Positions 24,364-37,219 of a DNA stretch of 64,000 nucleotides are shown in pieces. The notes under the pieces are model-generated. The model did not search any database. It was not told the origin of the DNA and was given only the letters and a program-made list of their open reading frames with translations. Within the stretch, counting starts at the first letter, position 1. Every line of letters begins with the position of its first letter. Source of the stretch: Octopus sinensis (Eukaryota); the NCBI RefSeq assembly GCF_006345805.1, contig NC_043013.1, forward strand, positions 46,810,001-46,874,000, given 5' to 3'. The position numbers and the translations under genes were made by a program.

Positions 24364-24429
24364 AAATATGATCAAACAGATTTCAATGAAGTTGGTGTTG
24401 TTCTGCGTTGGAAAGACATATGTTATATA

Positions 24430-25135
24430 GTGAAATCGATAGAAAGAGTACAGTGATGACTGTGTTGAGTGGGAAATCCCACCTTTCGGACACAGACCTT
24501 CTTCGGAAGAAAAGTAGAAAGGAAAGAAATTAATGAGAGAAAGCAAACATTTAGATTCACTAAGTTAAAAAAGAGAAAAACAAATACAAAATGGGTGCAA
24601 ACGATAAGGAATGCTGTACCACGTGAGCTTCAGACGTGAGTAAGAAGTGAAAGGAGAAACAGTGTAAGAAGAAAGAAGGGAAGAGTAATGGAATGAGAAG
24701 GAGGGAATGTCAAGAGTGAGGTGAAGAGAACAAAAAGTGGAATTGAAGGATAAGAAAAGGTTTAGGAATTAACAGGTGTGGGAGTTTAAGGGAAAACCTT
24801 AATTTAAATTTGTCAATGAGAGAGTGCCATATTCGAAAACGAAGCGTTGGTCCCGCCATTTTCTTGAGAATATGGATCTAAGTTTTGTAGAGATGCTGCA
24901 CGTAGATTATTGAGTGATGGAATTTCCTGCAGTGTTGAAGCGGGTTGCGACAGGTTGAACAAGTGTATATGGTAGTATGCTTCAAATATGCTCTCGAAAG
25001 CGATCAAGAAGGAGTCGGCCTGTCTCCCTAACTTAAAAGGTGCTGCAAAGCTTGCATGTGACGATTGCCTCATATGAGATTAGATGATGTGCAACAGAAG
25101 CTCTGAAACGTTCCATCCCTAAGAATCCCGTATTT
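24430..25135 (-). mobile_element. Penelope-like element 3' remnant with GIY-YIG endonuclease
   Basis: FCCTSSNLI..CKLC..*VRETGRLLLDRFREHI..PVATRFN..G.S..QRFVFEYGTL..LN; downstream ccgaagaagg..ccgaaa terminal-repeat-like motif. Confidence 0.75.
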
Positions 25136-25234
25136 CTTTTGACTTTACACTATGTTACGAGTTTATTCTATCTTAAGATAGTGTGGAGTGACCGAACGAT
25201 ACTTGCATCTATATTTCTAGCAAGTCGAGCGACA

Positions 25235-25452
25235 ACGGAGATATTAGCTTCAAAATTTGGCACAAGGCCAGCAATTTCGAAGGTAGAGAATAGTCGATTA
25301 TATCGATCTCAGTGTCTTTTTTATCGAACCCGAAACGATAAAAGGCAAAATCGACCTCAGCGTAACTTGAACTCTGAACGTGCGAACGAATGAGATGCTG
25401 CTAAGCATTTTTGCCTGGCGTGTTAACGATTCTGCCAGTTCGCCGCCTTAAA
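25235..25452 (-). mobile_element. SINE family C, diverged and deleted
   Basis: Head ttctgccagttcgccgcc and partial body. Confidence 0.75.
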
Positions 25453-25609
25453 GTGATAACGTAGATATTAGCAGATCTTTTGGTAATTATACTGTTAACT
25501 GTTAATTGAAATCTTCATCTCTACACCTTTCTGTCATAGTACCAAACTAAAACCAAATGATTTTTATAGTCACAACGTATAGTTGGTTCTCATAGAAAGA
25601 AAAAGGGTG

Positions 25610-26016
25610 TAGGAGTGGCTGTGATGTAAGTAGCTTGCTTACAAACCACATGGTTCCCGGTTCAGTCCCACTGCGTGGCACCTTGGGTGAGTGTCTTCTA
25701 CTCTAGCCTCGGACCGACCAAAGCCTTGTGAGTGGATTTGGTAGACGGAAACTGAAAGAAGCCCGTCGTATATATGTATATATATATATAGTAGATGAAA
25801 CCTTAGCGACTGAAGAAGGGGATTTTTCGTTGTGCTTATTGTCCTGTATCTCTTTTTTTGCTTGTCTTGTTCCTTGGTTTGTGTCTATGTTTTTCGTCTC
25901 TCTATGTGTTCGACGTCTTTTTGGTGTCCTGTACACATATATGCGTGTATATGTACATGTAGAGGTAGGTACGTACATATATGTTTATATATATGCATAT
26001 GTTCTATTTTATTAAC

Positions 26017-26060
<44 letters not shown>

Positions 26061-26311
26061 ATGTGTGCGTGTGTGTGCGTGTGTGTGTGTATGTTTGTGT
26101 GTCTGTGTTTGCCCCTCCCCCCACCAACGTCGCTTGACAACGGATGCTGGTGTGTTTACGTCCCCGTAACATACCGGTTCGGCAAAAGAGACCGATAGAA
26201 TAAGTACCAGGCTAACCAAGATTAAGTCCTGGACTAGATTTGCTCGACTAAAGGTGGTGCTCCAGCATGGCCACAGTCAAATGACTGAAGCAAGTAAAAG
26301 AGTAAAAGAGT
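25610..26311 (+). mobile_element. SINE family B with a nested 200-bp repeat in its linker
   Basis: 5' half 25610-25770; insert 25790-25995 matches 31199-31430; 3' half to 26311. Confidence 0.9.
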
Positions 26312-26529
26312 AATTCTATTTATTGAAACTCCATAAGAACATATGATGTTATAGAAACATCAACAACAACAGCAAAAACATCAGCAACGATATAAACAGA
26401 AAGTTCAGTTATTATCTACATTGCTAATGACACATATACGCATAAAAAAAACTATATTAAAAACGCATTACAAAAAATAAACAGAGTAAACCTAAAAAAA
26501 AATTTCTAAATCTTCTGTTCAACATTTGC

Positions 26530-28320
26530 AGCTTTAAAAGCACGCACGATATTTACGTTGAAATGATTCAGGAAATACTTCAACATTTCGACACTGAACA
26601 CTGCGTGTCGACAATTGCACTCAAACCAGGCTATACAAATCCTGTCTCACAACAGCAAAGTCCTCAAAAATAGGCGGAAAATCTTGCAGATCTCACACAC
26701 GAGATCTCTAAACTAATATGACACTATATCACACTATAGAAGCAAGCTTTTAAAATTAAAAGAAACATTAATATCGTAAATATAAGCATATCAATACCCG
26801 ATCTCAGCAACCATTTCAGCTGATTACACTACAAGACATTATTCTTCCACATACCTCCCAAATACTTGGGGAGGTTCTGAGCACTCAAGATGTTCTGGTT
26901 TTCAAATAATACTGATAACAAGTGAAGTGAAAGAGCAACCTGGCAACTGAACTCCCTTTATATCTAAAACAACGTCACCAATGACATATACCGAGCCAAT
27001 TACAAGTGTTTTCCAGATATCACCTTCCACTCTATGCACACATAACTACTACAAACATTTGGCAAACAATCCCCAAATTTTTCAAACCACCTATCAATTA
27101 TTATCATAACACATTCATATATTAATGACCAAAGAAATATACTTTTACAAATAAATAAAGCCTCGTGGAACAAGTCCCACCATGAAATAGAAACAAAGTT
27201 TTCGGAATACAATACTACAATAACCAGCAAAAACACTGCAGTACATACGCTGAACGAAATAACGATAGACGCATTAAAAGAACATTTCCCACAAGGCAAT
27301 GTAAAAATATACAATCCTAATTACATATCAGAAATAGTCAATATCATAAAAAAAACTAGAAACAAACTAAAACACAAAACACTAACAACTTACACAGCCG
27401 AAATAAATCTCTCCATCAAACATCAAAAGAAAGAAAGTAAAAGGAAAAGAAACTACAGAAAAAACCTCCCAGAAAACTGTTAAATAAGTGTCTATCATAA
27501 AGTATAAAATAAAGAAAACACACAAACTGTACGTAATTAGTATCATCCCCGAAAAGAACAACATCAGCGGTCACACAAATGCCTATTCACAGTTACAGTT
27601 TCGTATCATATACCCACATATGTAACATTGAATAAACCTTCTTAACTGATATTTCTCGGGAATTAACTGCCTCCCTAAAAAAATCAAAAACGAAGAGATA
27701 AATAATACAGGGATACAAAACCAAAGCTTCCATTGCAAGCAAGATTTTGACCCTTTCCTTTGCTAGATTGGTTGGAAGGATAAAAAAAGAATGGAAGAAT
27801 AAATAAAAAAGAAGTGCAAACACATCAGAGCAAAACAACTTTCACACTACTTGTACAAGTACAACACTGTCAACTTCCAAGAATCTGTATGATGGGCAAA
27901 ACCATAACAATTGTAAAGCCCAACTTAAAGAAACCAAGTTACGTAACATTGTAAAGACCTATCGCTCCCGACAGCCCCCGCAAACTCTTTGAGTAGCTAA
28001 TCTAGAAACTACTAACTCACGTCTTACTCTCTACAAATCTCAACTCAAATTCAGACTCCCGCACTATTTACAAAGCTAATACAGAAATTACGGAATGGCT
28101 TTAACAACGAAGGACTTCTTTCATCTCTAAATAACACGGATCAATATCAAGAAAACTTTTTACTAGACTCACCTTTAACTACTTATAACACACCCTACAA
28201 CAAAACAAGCTGCTGGCTAGTAAACTACCAGTCATATCGCTCAGTTTATGTAGTGGAAAAAAACACAACACTACAAATTCCCAAATGCAATCTACAGGGA
28301 TCCATCTACTCAGTGAGTTT
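26530..28320 (+). mobile_element. Highly decayed APE-RT LINE (I/Jockey-like)
   Basis: PDITF; INKASWNK..YNPNYISEIVNIIKKTRN; WAK.ITIVKP..RPIA..KLFE; LQGS. Confidence 0.5.
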
Positions 28321-28336
28321 CGAAATCCATATTAAT

Positions 28337-28724
28337 GGATGGAAGCACTCCGTCGGTTACGACGACGAGGGTTCCGGTTGATCCGAATCAACGGAACAGC
28401 CCGCTCGTGAAATTATCGTGTAAGTGGCTGAGCACTCTACAGACACGTGCACCCTTAACGTAGTTCTCGGGGATATTCAGCGTGACACAGAGAGTGACAA
28501 GGCCGGCCCCTTGAAATAAGGTACAACAGAAACAGGAAGTAAGAGTGAGAGAAAGTTGTGGTGAAAGAATACAGCAGGGATCACCACCATCCCCTGCCGG
28601 AGCTTCGGGGGGCTTTTAGGTGTTTTCGCTCAATAAACACTCACAACACCCGGTCTGGGAATTGAAACCGCGATCCTATGACCGCGAGTCCGCTACCCTA
28701 ACCACTGGGCCATTGCGCCTCCAC
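28337..28724 (-). mobile_element. SINE family A (tail type 1) with 10-bp TSD
   Basis: ccatattaat at 28327-28336 and 28725-28734; close reverse-complement match to 20294 copy. Confidence 0.95.
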
Positions 28725-28799
28725 CCATATTAATAGAGAGTTATTAAATGCCTTCATTTTTTATGGATGTCTGAAAAAGTCTGAAATAAATTCTCGTCT

Positions 28800-29170
28800 A
28801 GATATACATTGAAAATATGAGATATGCTGAAAAGAAAGAAAGCAAAATGGCGCACTGGAATCAAAAAGACACACACTTTAAACGCTTTGCTTGCATCTAC
28901 AGCAAAATCTGGAGGCGATAATATTTCTTACAAAATATATTGATTAGCAAAATATTGGAACGCATCATTAGCAAAAGTCCTTAAAAAAATTTGTACAATG
29001 TTTCAAATATCAGGGAAAGCAGAAATTTATCTTGAAATATGTTTGTGTTACTAAAATATTTAATCTTTATTCCTTTTGTTAGTTTATATAATTTTTGGAA
29101 TATATTCAGACATAAAATCGCAATAGTCCGATTTATGTGGCATAAAAAATCGTTGAAACTCTTATGTCCT
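28800..29170 (+). pseudogene. Single decayed cadherin repeat
   Basis: SGGDNISYK (28908-28934), MFQISGKAEIYL (28998-29033), NRNSPIY (29116-29136); about 67 codons between first and last motif, as in a cadherin repeat. Confidence 0.45.
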
Positions 29171-29326
29171 AACTGTTCCTAACACCTATACATGCATACA
29201 TACATTATACATGTACAGACATATATGCGTGTGCGAGTGGTGTGTGTGTGTGTATGTGCGTGTGTGTTCACATCATATACATATATATATATAGATGTAT
29301 GTGTATACACACACACATATATATAT

Positions 29327-29472
29327 AGGCGCAGGTGAGCCTGCGTGGTAAGAAGCTTATTTTCCAACCACGTGGTACATTGGGGGCAAATGTCTTGTAC
29401 CAAGTCCCCGGGCCAACCACAGCCGTGTGAGTGGATTTGGTAGACAGAAACTGAAAGAAGCCTGTCATATAA

Positions 29473-29568
<96 letters not shown>

Positions 29569-30170
29569 ATATTATATATATATTATATATATATACATAT
29601 ATACACACATATATTATATATATATATATAGATTATATATAATACATATATACATATATACATACATATATATATATAATATTATATAATATATATATAT
29701 ATTATATAATAGATATATAATATATATATATATATTATATATATATATATATAATATATATATATATATATACGTTTAAATATTTGTTGTGCAAGATTTT
29801 TTATGTGAAGTCGTGTGTTGAAACAGATATTGTTGTATTTCGGAATGGTCATTTTGCCAGTTTAGCCAATTAAAACACACGCACTATATATTTGGTGTTA
29901 CTTTGCTTCAGTGTTATTTATTTTTTACATTAATCTTAATCTTATTTCGGCCAGAGTTCTTTCGTCACACTCCTGTCACCGCATCAGTAGTCCTTTGTTT
30001 TCTTCTTAAACAAAGTACCACTGATGCGGTCACAGGAGTGTGACGAAGGAACTCTGGCCGAAATAAGATTAAGATTAATGTAAAAAATAAATAACACTGA
30101 AACAAAGTAACACCAAATATATAGTGCGTGTGTTTAATTGGCTAAACTGGCAAAATGACCATTCCGAAAT

Positions 30171-30224
<54 letters not shown>

Positions 30225-30243
30225 TATGCATATGTATATATAT

Positions 30244-30331
<88 letters not shown>

Positions 30332-30590
30332 GTATATATATGTTATATATATATATGTGTATGTGTGTGCGTTTGTGTGTCTGTGTTTGTCCCCCTAGCA
30401 TTGCTTGACAACTGATGCTAGTGTGTTACGTCCCCGTCACTTAGTGGTTCGGCAAAAGAGACCGATAGGATAAGTACTGGGCTTACAAAGAATAAGTCCC
30501 GGGGTCGATTTGCTCAACTAAAGGTGGTGCTCCAGCATGGCTGCTGTCAAATGACTGAAACAAGTAGAAGAGTGAAAGAGTAAAAGATAT
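29327..30590 (+). mobile_element. SINE family B split by expanded (TA)n and a fold-back insert
   Basis: 5' half 29327-29468, 3' half 30355-30590. Confidence 0.75.
29827..30180. repeat. Fold-back palindrome, arms 174/173 bp, 7-nt loop
   Basis: 29827-30000 versus 30008-30180: about 5 mismatches and 1 indel; single-arm copy at 33055-33235. Confidence 0.95.
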
Positions 30591-30914
30591 ATATATATAT
30601 ATGACGAAACGCACGCATCCCTTTTTAAGTAAGATTGTTCTTGATATTAAGTTTTGTTCTTGATATTAAATTTGATGCGCACTCTTAACCTTTCTGTCCC
30701 ATCCCTTTCTCAGCCTTCATTCTTTGATTTCCTTTTCCTCTACTTAAATTGTCTCTCCCTCTTTCTCATTCTTCACTCTCTCTCTCTCCCCATCTCTCAT
30801 TCTTCATGGTTTCCTCACAACCATTCCCCTTCTTCTCTCCCTTTCTCTTGCTCCTCCTCCCCCCTCCCGTCGTTGATCCGCGATGAGACTTCCGCTACTG
30901 TCTTTCTAGCCTAA

Positions 30915-31430
30915 CCCTCTCGAGGTGTGGACGGCAATTCTTTTTGCTCCGTTCGTTGTTCACAAAAAAATCCGCGTTTGTAATACTTTTTTTCGTTCGG
31001 CGTTAACAGCCCTTCTTATCTTGTTTTTCCTTGTCCTGTCTTTTACTGTTTATAATTTGTACTGTCGTTACTGTCCTGTTTTTGTTACCATTTTTTACCC
31101 CTCTGCGAAAAGATCTCAAAATTTTAATTGATTTGCTTCTCGCAGGAAGGAAAGTGTCTTGTCGAAGATACATCTCGCTTTCACCTTCGAAACGTAGAGT
31201 AGATGAAACCATAGCGACTGAAGAAGGGGTTTTTTCTTTGTGTTAATTGTCCTGTACTCTATTTTTTTGTTGTTTAAAAAAATGTCCAGTTCCTTGGGTT
31301 TGTGTCTATGTTTTCGTTTCTCATTGTGTTCGACTTCTTTTTGGTGTCCTGTACTCATATATGCGTGTATATGTACATGTAGAGGTAGGTACGTACATAT
31401 ATGTTTATATATATGCATATGTTTTATTTA

Positions 31431-31440
<10 letters not shown>
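30915..31440 (+). mobile_element. PLE-derived terminal-repeat-like interspersed repeat
   Basis: aggaaag..hairpin..ctttc..cgaaacgtagag degenerate hammerhead-like segment; 3' part duplicated at 25790-25995. Confidence 0.45.
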
Positions 31441-31467
<27 letters not shown>

Positions 31468-32390
31468 GGGGTGTATGTATATTATATAAACTCAATATTT
31501 ACACGCTACTGTTTAATATTATATAGCTTTATCTATTTCGAGTTTCATCGTTCAAAAAGCAAACTATTTCGCGCACACACACACACGCACATCTAAATGA
31601 AGGTGCGTAGCCTAGCAATTAGGTTGGTGTACTGACGATCGCTATATCGTGAGTTCGATTTTCGGAACTGGTGGGGAGTTGTGTTCTTGAGCAAAACACT
31701 TCATTACACGTTGCTTTGCGAGCAGGAGAGTGGCAGAATCGTTAATAACCCCATAGTGTTTTCCTCACTCTCTTAATTTGATCTCCCAGGACTGCAACAT
31801 TTGGAGCGTCAATATACTCCACGGTTTGGTCGTGGTGGGTGGCATGGATGGAATACATCTAATCTTGGCATACTATCATCTCCACGGTTGCATCGCAGTC
31901 GTCATTGGGACTGAGAGCTGTTTTGCTGAACGGTTTCTGTCTTTGATGTATGTGTGTGTGTGTGTGTGTGTGTATGTGTGCCTTTGAACCGTTTTTTTCT
32001 GAGTATATATTTTTCTTGTTTTGTTGCCTTTACTTTCCCATTGTGCTTTGTTTTGGTATCCTTTATCCAGCATATCCTGTATACCTTAAACACTTTTGAA
32101 ATTGGAAATTAATGTAATTTATTGGAATTAGTAATGCAATTAATTAGAATTAATGAAATAATTTGCTTGGGCCTCAGTCAGAGAATTTGCATGAATGTAC
32201 TCGTATATGATAATGACATCGAAAGAGAAGTCGGCAAGATTGCATCTGTAGCTGGATCCCTAATTTCAGCCTTCATAGATTTCCATATAAGGGAACACGC
32301 TGTATCTTCAAAACTTAAGCAACTGTGGGAAAACTGTTTTTTTTTTTTTTGGTGGGGGGTTGAATATAACCAAGATAATTTGAAACTTTC

Positions 32391-32772
32391 AGGAGTGGCT
32401 GTGTGGTAAGTAGCTTGTTTACCAACCACATGGTTCCGAGTTCAGTCCCACTGCGTGGCACCTTGGGCAAGTGTCTTCTACTATAGCCTCGGGCCGACCG
32501 AAGCCTTGTGAGTGGATTTCGTAGACGGAAAGTGAAAGAAGCCCATCATATATATGTATATATATACATATATATATATATATGCGTGTGTGTGTTTGTC
32601 CCCCTAGCAGTGCTTGACAACTGATGCTGGTGTGTTTATGTCCCCGTTTCTTAGCGGTTCGGCAAAAGAGACCGATAGAATAAGTACTGGGCTTACAAAA
32701 GAACAAGTCCAGGGGTCGAGTTGCGCGATTAAAGGCAGTGCTCCAGCATGGCCGCAGTCATGTAAAAGAGTA
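32391..32772 (+). mobile_element. SINE family B
   Basis: Near-complete copy. Confidence 0.93.
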
Positions 32773-33054
32773 CCATGGCTTTTCTAAAATATTTTCTGAT
32801 GCTCAATAAATCATTGACTAAAATAAAGACGATGAGGTTGCAGCTGTTGCCGATAATAATTGTGATGATTGTGATGGTAATCCAGTGTCGATGGTGATGA
32901 CATGTACGTTGGACTGTTGTTCCTGCTGTTGTTATTGTGTCGTGCCAGGTCAAAACACTTGGAAAAGTTGTATGGTACGCAGTTAGTCAATCGAAGGTTG
33001 ACGGCCAATCCACATAGCTATCTTACACCATATCTTTGTATATATATATGTATA

Positions 33055-33235
33055 TATTGTTATATTTCGGAATGGTCATATTGCCAGTTTAGCTAATAAA
33101 AACACACGCACTATATATTTGGTGTTATTTATTTTTTACATTAATCTTAATCTTAGTTCCGCCAGAGTTCTTTCGTCACACTCCTGTGACCGCATCAGTG
33201 GTCCTTTGTTTTCTTCTTACTTATTTGTGTCTCTC
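33055..33235 (-). mobile_element. Single-arm copy of the 29827 fold-back family
   Basis: Shared sequence; minus strand cca-CTGATGC-G-gtcac-aggagt-gtgac-GAAAGAACTC-tgg. Confidence 0.8.
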
Positions 33236-34814
33236 CTTACTAACCGTCAGCCATATATATATATCTGTGTGTGTGTGTGTATGTATATTATATACACGAC
33301 AGGTTTTAAACTCAATATTTACACACTACTGTTTAATATTTTATAGCCTTATGTATTTCGAGTTTCATCGTTCCAAAAGCAAATTATTTCGCACACACAC
33401 ACACACACACACATATCTATTCCAACTTGCCACGGTGAATTGTATGGGGGAAAAAAGCTGGGTAAGCAAGGTGTATTGCACCCTCTTCACTGTTCAATCT
33501 ACTTCTGTACATCGTCTGATTCTTACGATGGCCCCAGCAGATACTAGCAAATTGGTTTAATTCAAAGGGCGACAGTTGCTATACTCCTGTATAAAGTGTT
33601 GGTAGTATAAAACAGAGCGCACACTACTAACTAGCTGAGTGTTTAAACGTGTTGATAAGGCAACTATTTCTCTTTCCTTCTAGGAAGTGTTCAAGGATAA
33701 GCATTTTTTTACGGTGTGATAGGAATGGAGGAATAGAAAAGTGTCGTGCAAACACACTGTAACCCTTGCATATCCAGGCGGTCTTACGCTTTTAGTATTT
33801 TTTTCCGTTAGACGCTGGTCTATGTACAACACATTACAGTGTGTCAGTGCGCTATTTCGTGTACTTTGTACTTTGTGGTGGTCTGATTTGAAAAGCTAGT
33901 ACGGCCAACATATAAGATTTCTTTCTTTTGATCAACTGTGTTATCTGTGACTGTTCTAAGTATGTGTTTCATTTTCTTTCACTACTATGTCTTCAATGGG
34001 TATTGTAAATTTTGTAAATTTCAATGAGTATTGTAAATTTTGGAGAGTTGGTTGTTCTCCAGTGTTACTGGTAAGAAGAAAGAGATAAGCAATAGATTTG
34101 GTGGGTGCTACTGTTGTACTGCCATATTTTTGTGTGGTTTATGTAGTTAGAATAGTTGTGCAGCAGTGGATTGAAGAGAGGTGAGAGGTTGTGCATGTGA
34201 TATCCTCTAGGAAGTAGGCTGTGTGCATGTTTGATGAGGTATGAATATCGTGCAAGGATTGTTTGAAAAGACTAGATGAGAGGACACCATTCAGGAAATT
34301 ACAAGTTCCAGAAGTGCTGTTCTTGTATGTATACGCCTAGGTGTTTGTTCTACTTCACCTAGAAACTAGAGAAGTAGCTTTCCATTCAATATTTTGTGTG
34401 GCGCCTTAAGGTGGCCTTGAGTACGATTTGCATGCGTGTATAGAGGAGTATCGAAAAATATCGAAACTTTTGCTGATATCTTTAGAAGTTAAAGTGCTGC
34501 TGAAATCATCATGTGTTTTTCTCCTTTCGGTTATTAAGTTGTTTTTGGTAGTTGCGATGTTGAAGTCTGAATCCATTGCATGACTTGGAAGTAGTTTTAT
34601 GTAGTTTAGTGATGCCAAAGGTTTAGTCGTTCAACACTTATTGAGGGTGTACACAGGAATATGGTTGGTCTGTATGATGTTATTTCATTTGATGTTTTGT
34701 TGGGTGGTAGAGTTGTTAGATTTTAGTCTAACTTCGAGATTCTGAGATGATGGCATTGTTGGTACAATTATTTGTAGATGGTGGCGAATGCAGGATATGT
34801 TAAACGCAAGGTAT

Positions 34815-35235
34815 AGGCGGCGAGCTGGCAGAAACGTTAGCACGCCGGGCGAAATGCTTTGCGGTATTTTGTCTGCCGCTACGTTCTGGGTTCAAATTCC
34901 GCCGAGGTCGACTTTGCCTTTCATCATTTCGGGGTCGATAAATTAAGTACCAGTTACGCACTGGGGTCGATGTAATCGACTTAATACCTATGTCTGTCCT
35001 TGTTTGTCTCCTCTGTGTTTAGCCCCTTGTGGGTAATAAAGAAATAGGTATTTTGTCTGCCGCTACGTTCTAGGTTCAAATTCCGCCGAGGTCGATTTTG
35101 CCTTTCATCCTTTCGGGGTCGATAAATTAAGTACCAGTTACGCACTGGGGTCGATGTAATCGACTTCATACCTATGTCTGTCCATGTTTGTCCCCTCTAT
35201 GTTTAGCCCCTTGTGGGTAATAAAGAAAAAGGTAT
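34815..35235 (+). mobile_element. SINE family C dimer
   Basis: One head, two bodies. Confidence 0.93.
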
Positions 35236-35766
35236 TTTAAATACATACTTTAGACTTCATATGATCACAAGGCTTTTTTTAATTTTAGTTTTCTTTCTCG
35301 CTTTTTGAGTGTCTGACAGAAAGAAAGGATCAAAAGAACGATCTAGGTTGAAGGTGTTCATTTTCGGTTTCATGATCCTGTTTTCTTTTTGTAAATCCTT
35401 TTCTTTTGAATGGCTAACTGTTGAGAAATGTTAGTTAAGGTTGTCTGCTTGGTATTATAGTGTGTATACAGTCTCAGTTTGCCTATAGTGAGATGATGTT
35501 ACTATGAACGTTGTTATTGTTGATTCTATCAGTTAATATACATAGTGGTTTACTGTGCGTTTTGCGGTTCAAGTTCGATACAAATATTTGCGATTTTATA
35601 AAAATGGATTTTTCTGCATTGCGTGTATTTTATTATTTCCTCGTCGAAGAGTTTTATCGAGGCCGTGTGTGGTATTAGTGTTTGAGCTTATTTTATTTTT
35701 AAAGATGTTGGTTATTTCTGATGTGTAACTGAAATTACATTCTTTTATGCTGCATTGTGACACATA

Positions 35767-36122
35767 TAGGCGCAGGAGTGGCTGTGTGGTAAGTAGCTTG
35801 CTAACCAACCACATGGTTCCGGGTTCAGTCCCACTGCGTGGCATCTTGGGCAAGTGTCTTCTGCTATAGCCCCGGGCTTGTCGTATATATGTATATATAT
35901 ATAAGTGTGTATGTATATGTTTGTGTGTCTGTGTTTGTCCCCCTAGCATTGCTTGACAACCGATGCTGGTGTGTTTACGTCCCCGTCACTTAGCGGTTCA
36001 GCAAAAGAGACCGATAGAATAAGTACTGGGCTTACAAAGAATAAGTCCCGGGGTCGATTTGCTCGACTAAAGGCGGTGCTCCAGCATGGCCGCAGTCAAA
36101 TGACTGAAACAAATAAAAGAGT
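35767..36122 (+). mobile_element. SINE family B with short internal deletion
   Basis: Near-consensus head and tail. Confidence 0.95.
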
Positions 36123-36419
36123 ATGTTTTCCTGGGGTTTCTATAAATATTTTATTCAATGCATCTCCTGCAACATTTATGTTTGTGATTGTGACGTTGAA
36201 TTTTGAAAACCTCGGTGGAACGAGTTCCATTGCGCTCTATTGAAGTTTGTAAAATGAATTGTGGCTTTCTACATTGATCTGCTAGTGTGTTGTGTAGGTT
36301 AATTGGCCGCTGCTCTGAGGTTTGTTAAGGACTTCTGTGCTAGGTTTCTGTGTTAGCATTTGGAACAGAACGGGATGTCTGATGAAAGGCTGGTAGTGGT
36401 GATAATAGGCGTACTAGTG

Positions 36420-36620
36420 ATGGTTTCAAATTTTGGATCAAGGCCAGTAGTTTTTGAGGGGAGAGGGAAATCGATTACAACCACCCTAGCACTTGGCTGT
36501 TACTTATTTTATCGACGTCGAAAAGATAAAAATCGAAGTCAACCTCAACATAAAGACGGACGAAATGTTGTCGGACATTTTTTTCGGCGTACAAGTGATT
36601 CTGCCAGCTCACTACCTCAG
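36420..36620 (-). mobile_element. SINE family C, diverged
   Basis: gattctgccagctc head, tttatcgac body. Confidence 0.65.
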
Positions 36621-36657
36621 GTGGAGGTGGTGGTGTAGCTATTGCTATGTCGTATAA

Positions 36658-36925
36658 GGCGCATGGCTCAGTGTTTAGAGCATCAGGCTCATAATCATGA
36701 GGTAGTGAGTTCGATTCTCGGACTGGACCCTGTGTTTTATTCTTGAGCAAGGCAAGTTGCTCCACTTCACTCACCGGTGCCAAGCTCTATAGGTCTTTGC
36801 CTTTCTTTTGGATAACATTGGTGGCGTGGTGAGGAGAGGCTGGTAGGCATGGTCAACTGCTGGTCTTCCATAAACAACCTTGCCCGGACTTGTACCTCGG
36901 AGGGTAACTTTCTAGGTGCAATCCC
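36658..36925 (+). mobile_element. tRNA-derived SINE, family D (related diverged head at 31600-31720)
   Basis: A-box TGGCTCAGTGTT, B-box GAGTTCGATTC, then cttgagcaag body. Confidence 0.7.
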
Positions 36926-37219
36926 TATAACATAACAGACCTAATGTAACAAATGTGGCTGTGGTAGTGGGGAAGAGGGCAGTTTGGTAAATAGTGCTGG
37001 TGGTGTGAGGTGTAGTAGTGGCAGTGCTGATGGTTGTAGTTTGTTGATGGTAGTGGCAGTAGGGGTATTTGGGGGTAGTGGCTGTGGTACATGGTGTTGC
37101 GTAAAATAATTGGTCGGTGTTTTGAGGTTGGTTAAGGAACTGTCTGCTAAGCATCTGTGGTAGAGTTAGTGATGCTGGTACAGCTAACGAGTTGTAGTAG
37201 TGGTTCTTGTTACTCTGTT

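Larger units (their letters stand above)
33590..36410 (-). mobile_element. Decayed APE-RT LINE (I/Jockey-like) interrupted by SINEs
   Basis: Minus frames: SSDIP..TNFNRAQW; NIFKNKIS..RGNNK; GVLSSSLFKQSLHDI..YFLEDIT..APTKS. Confidence 0.55.
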
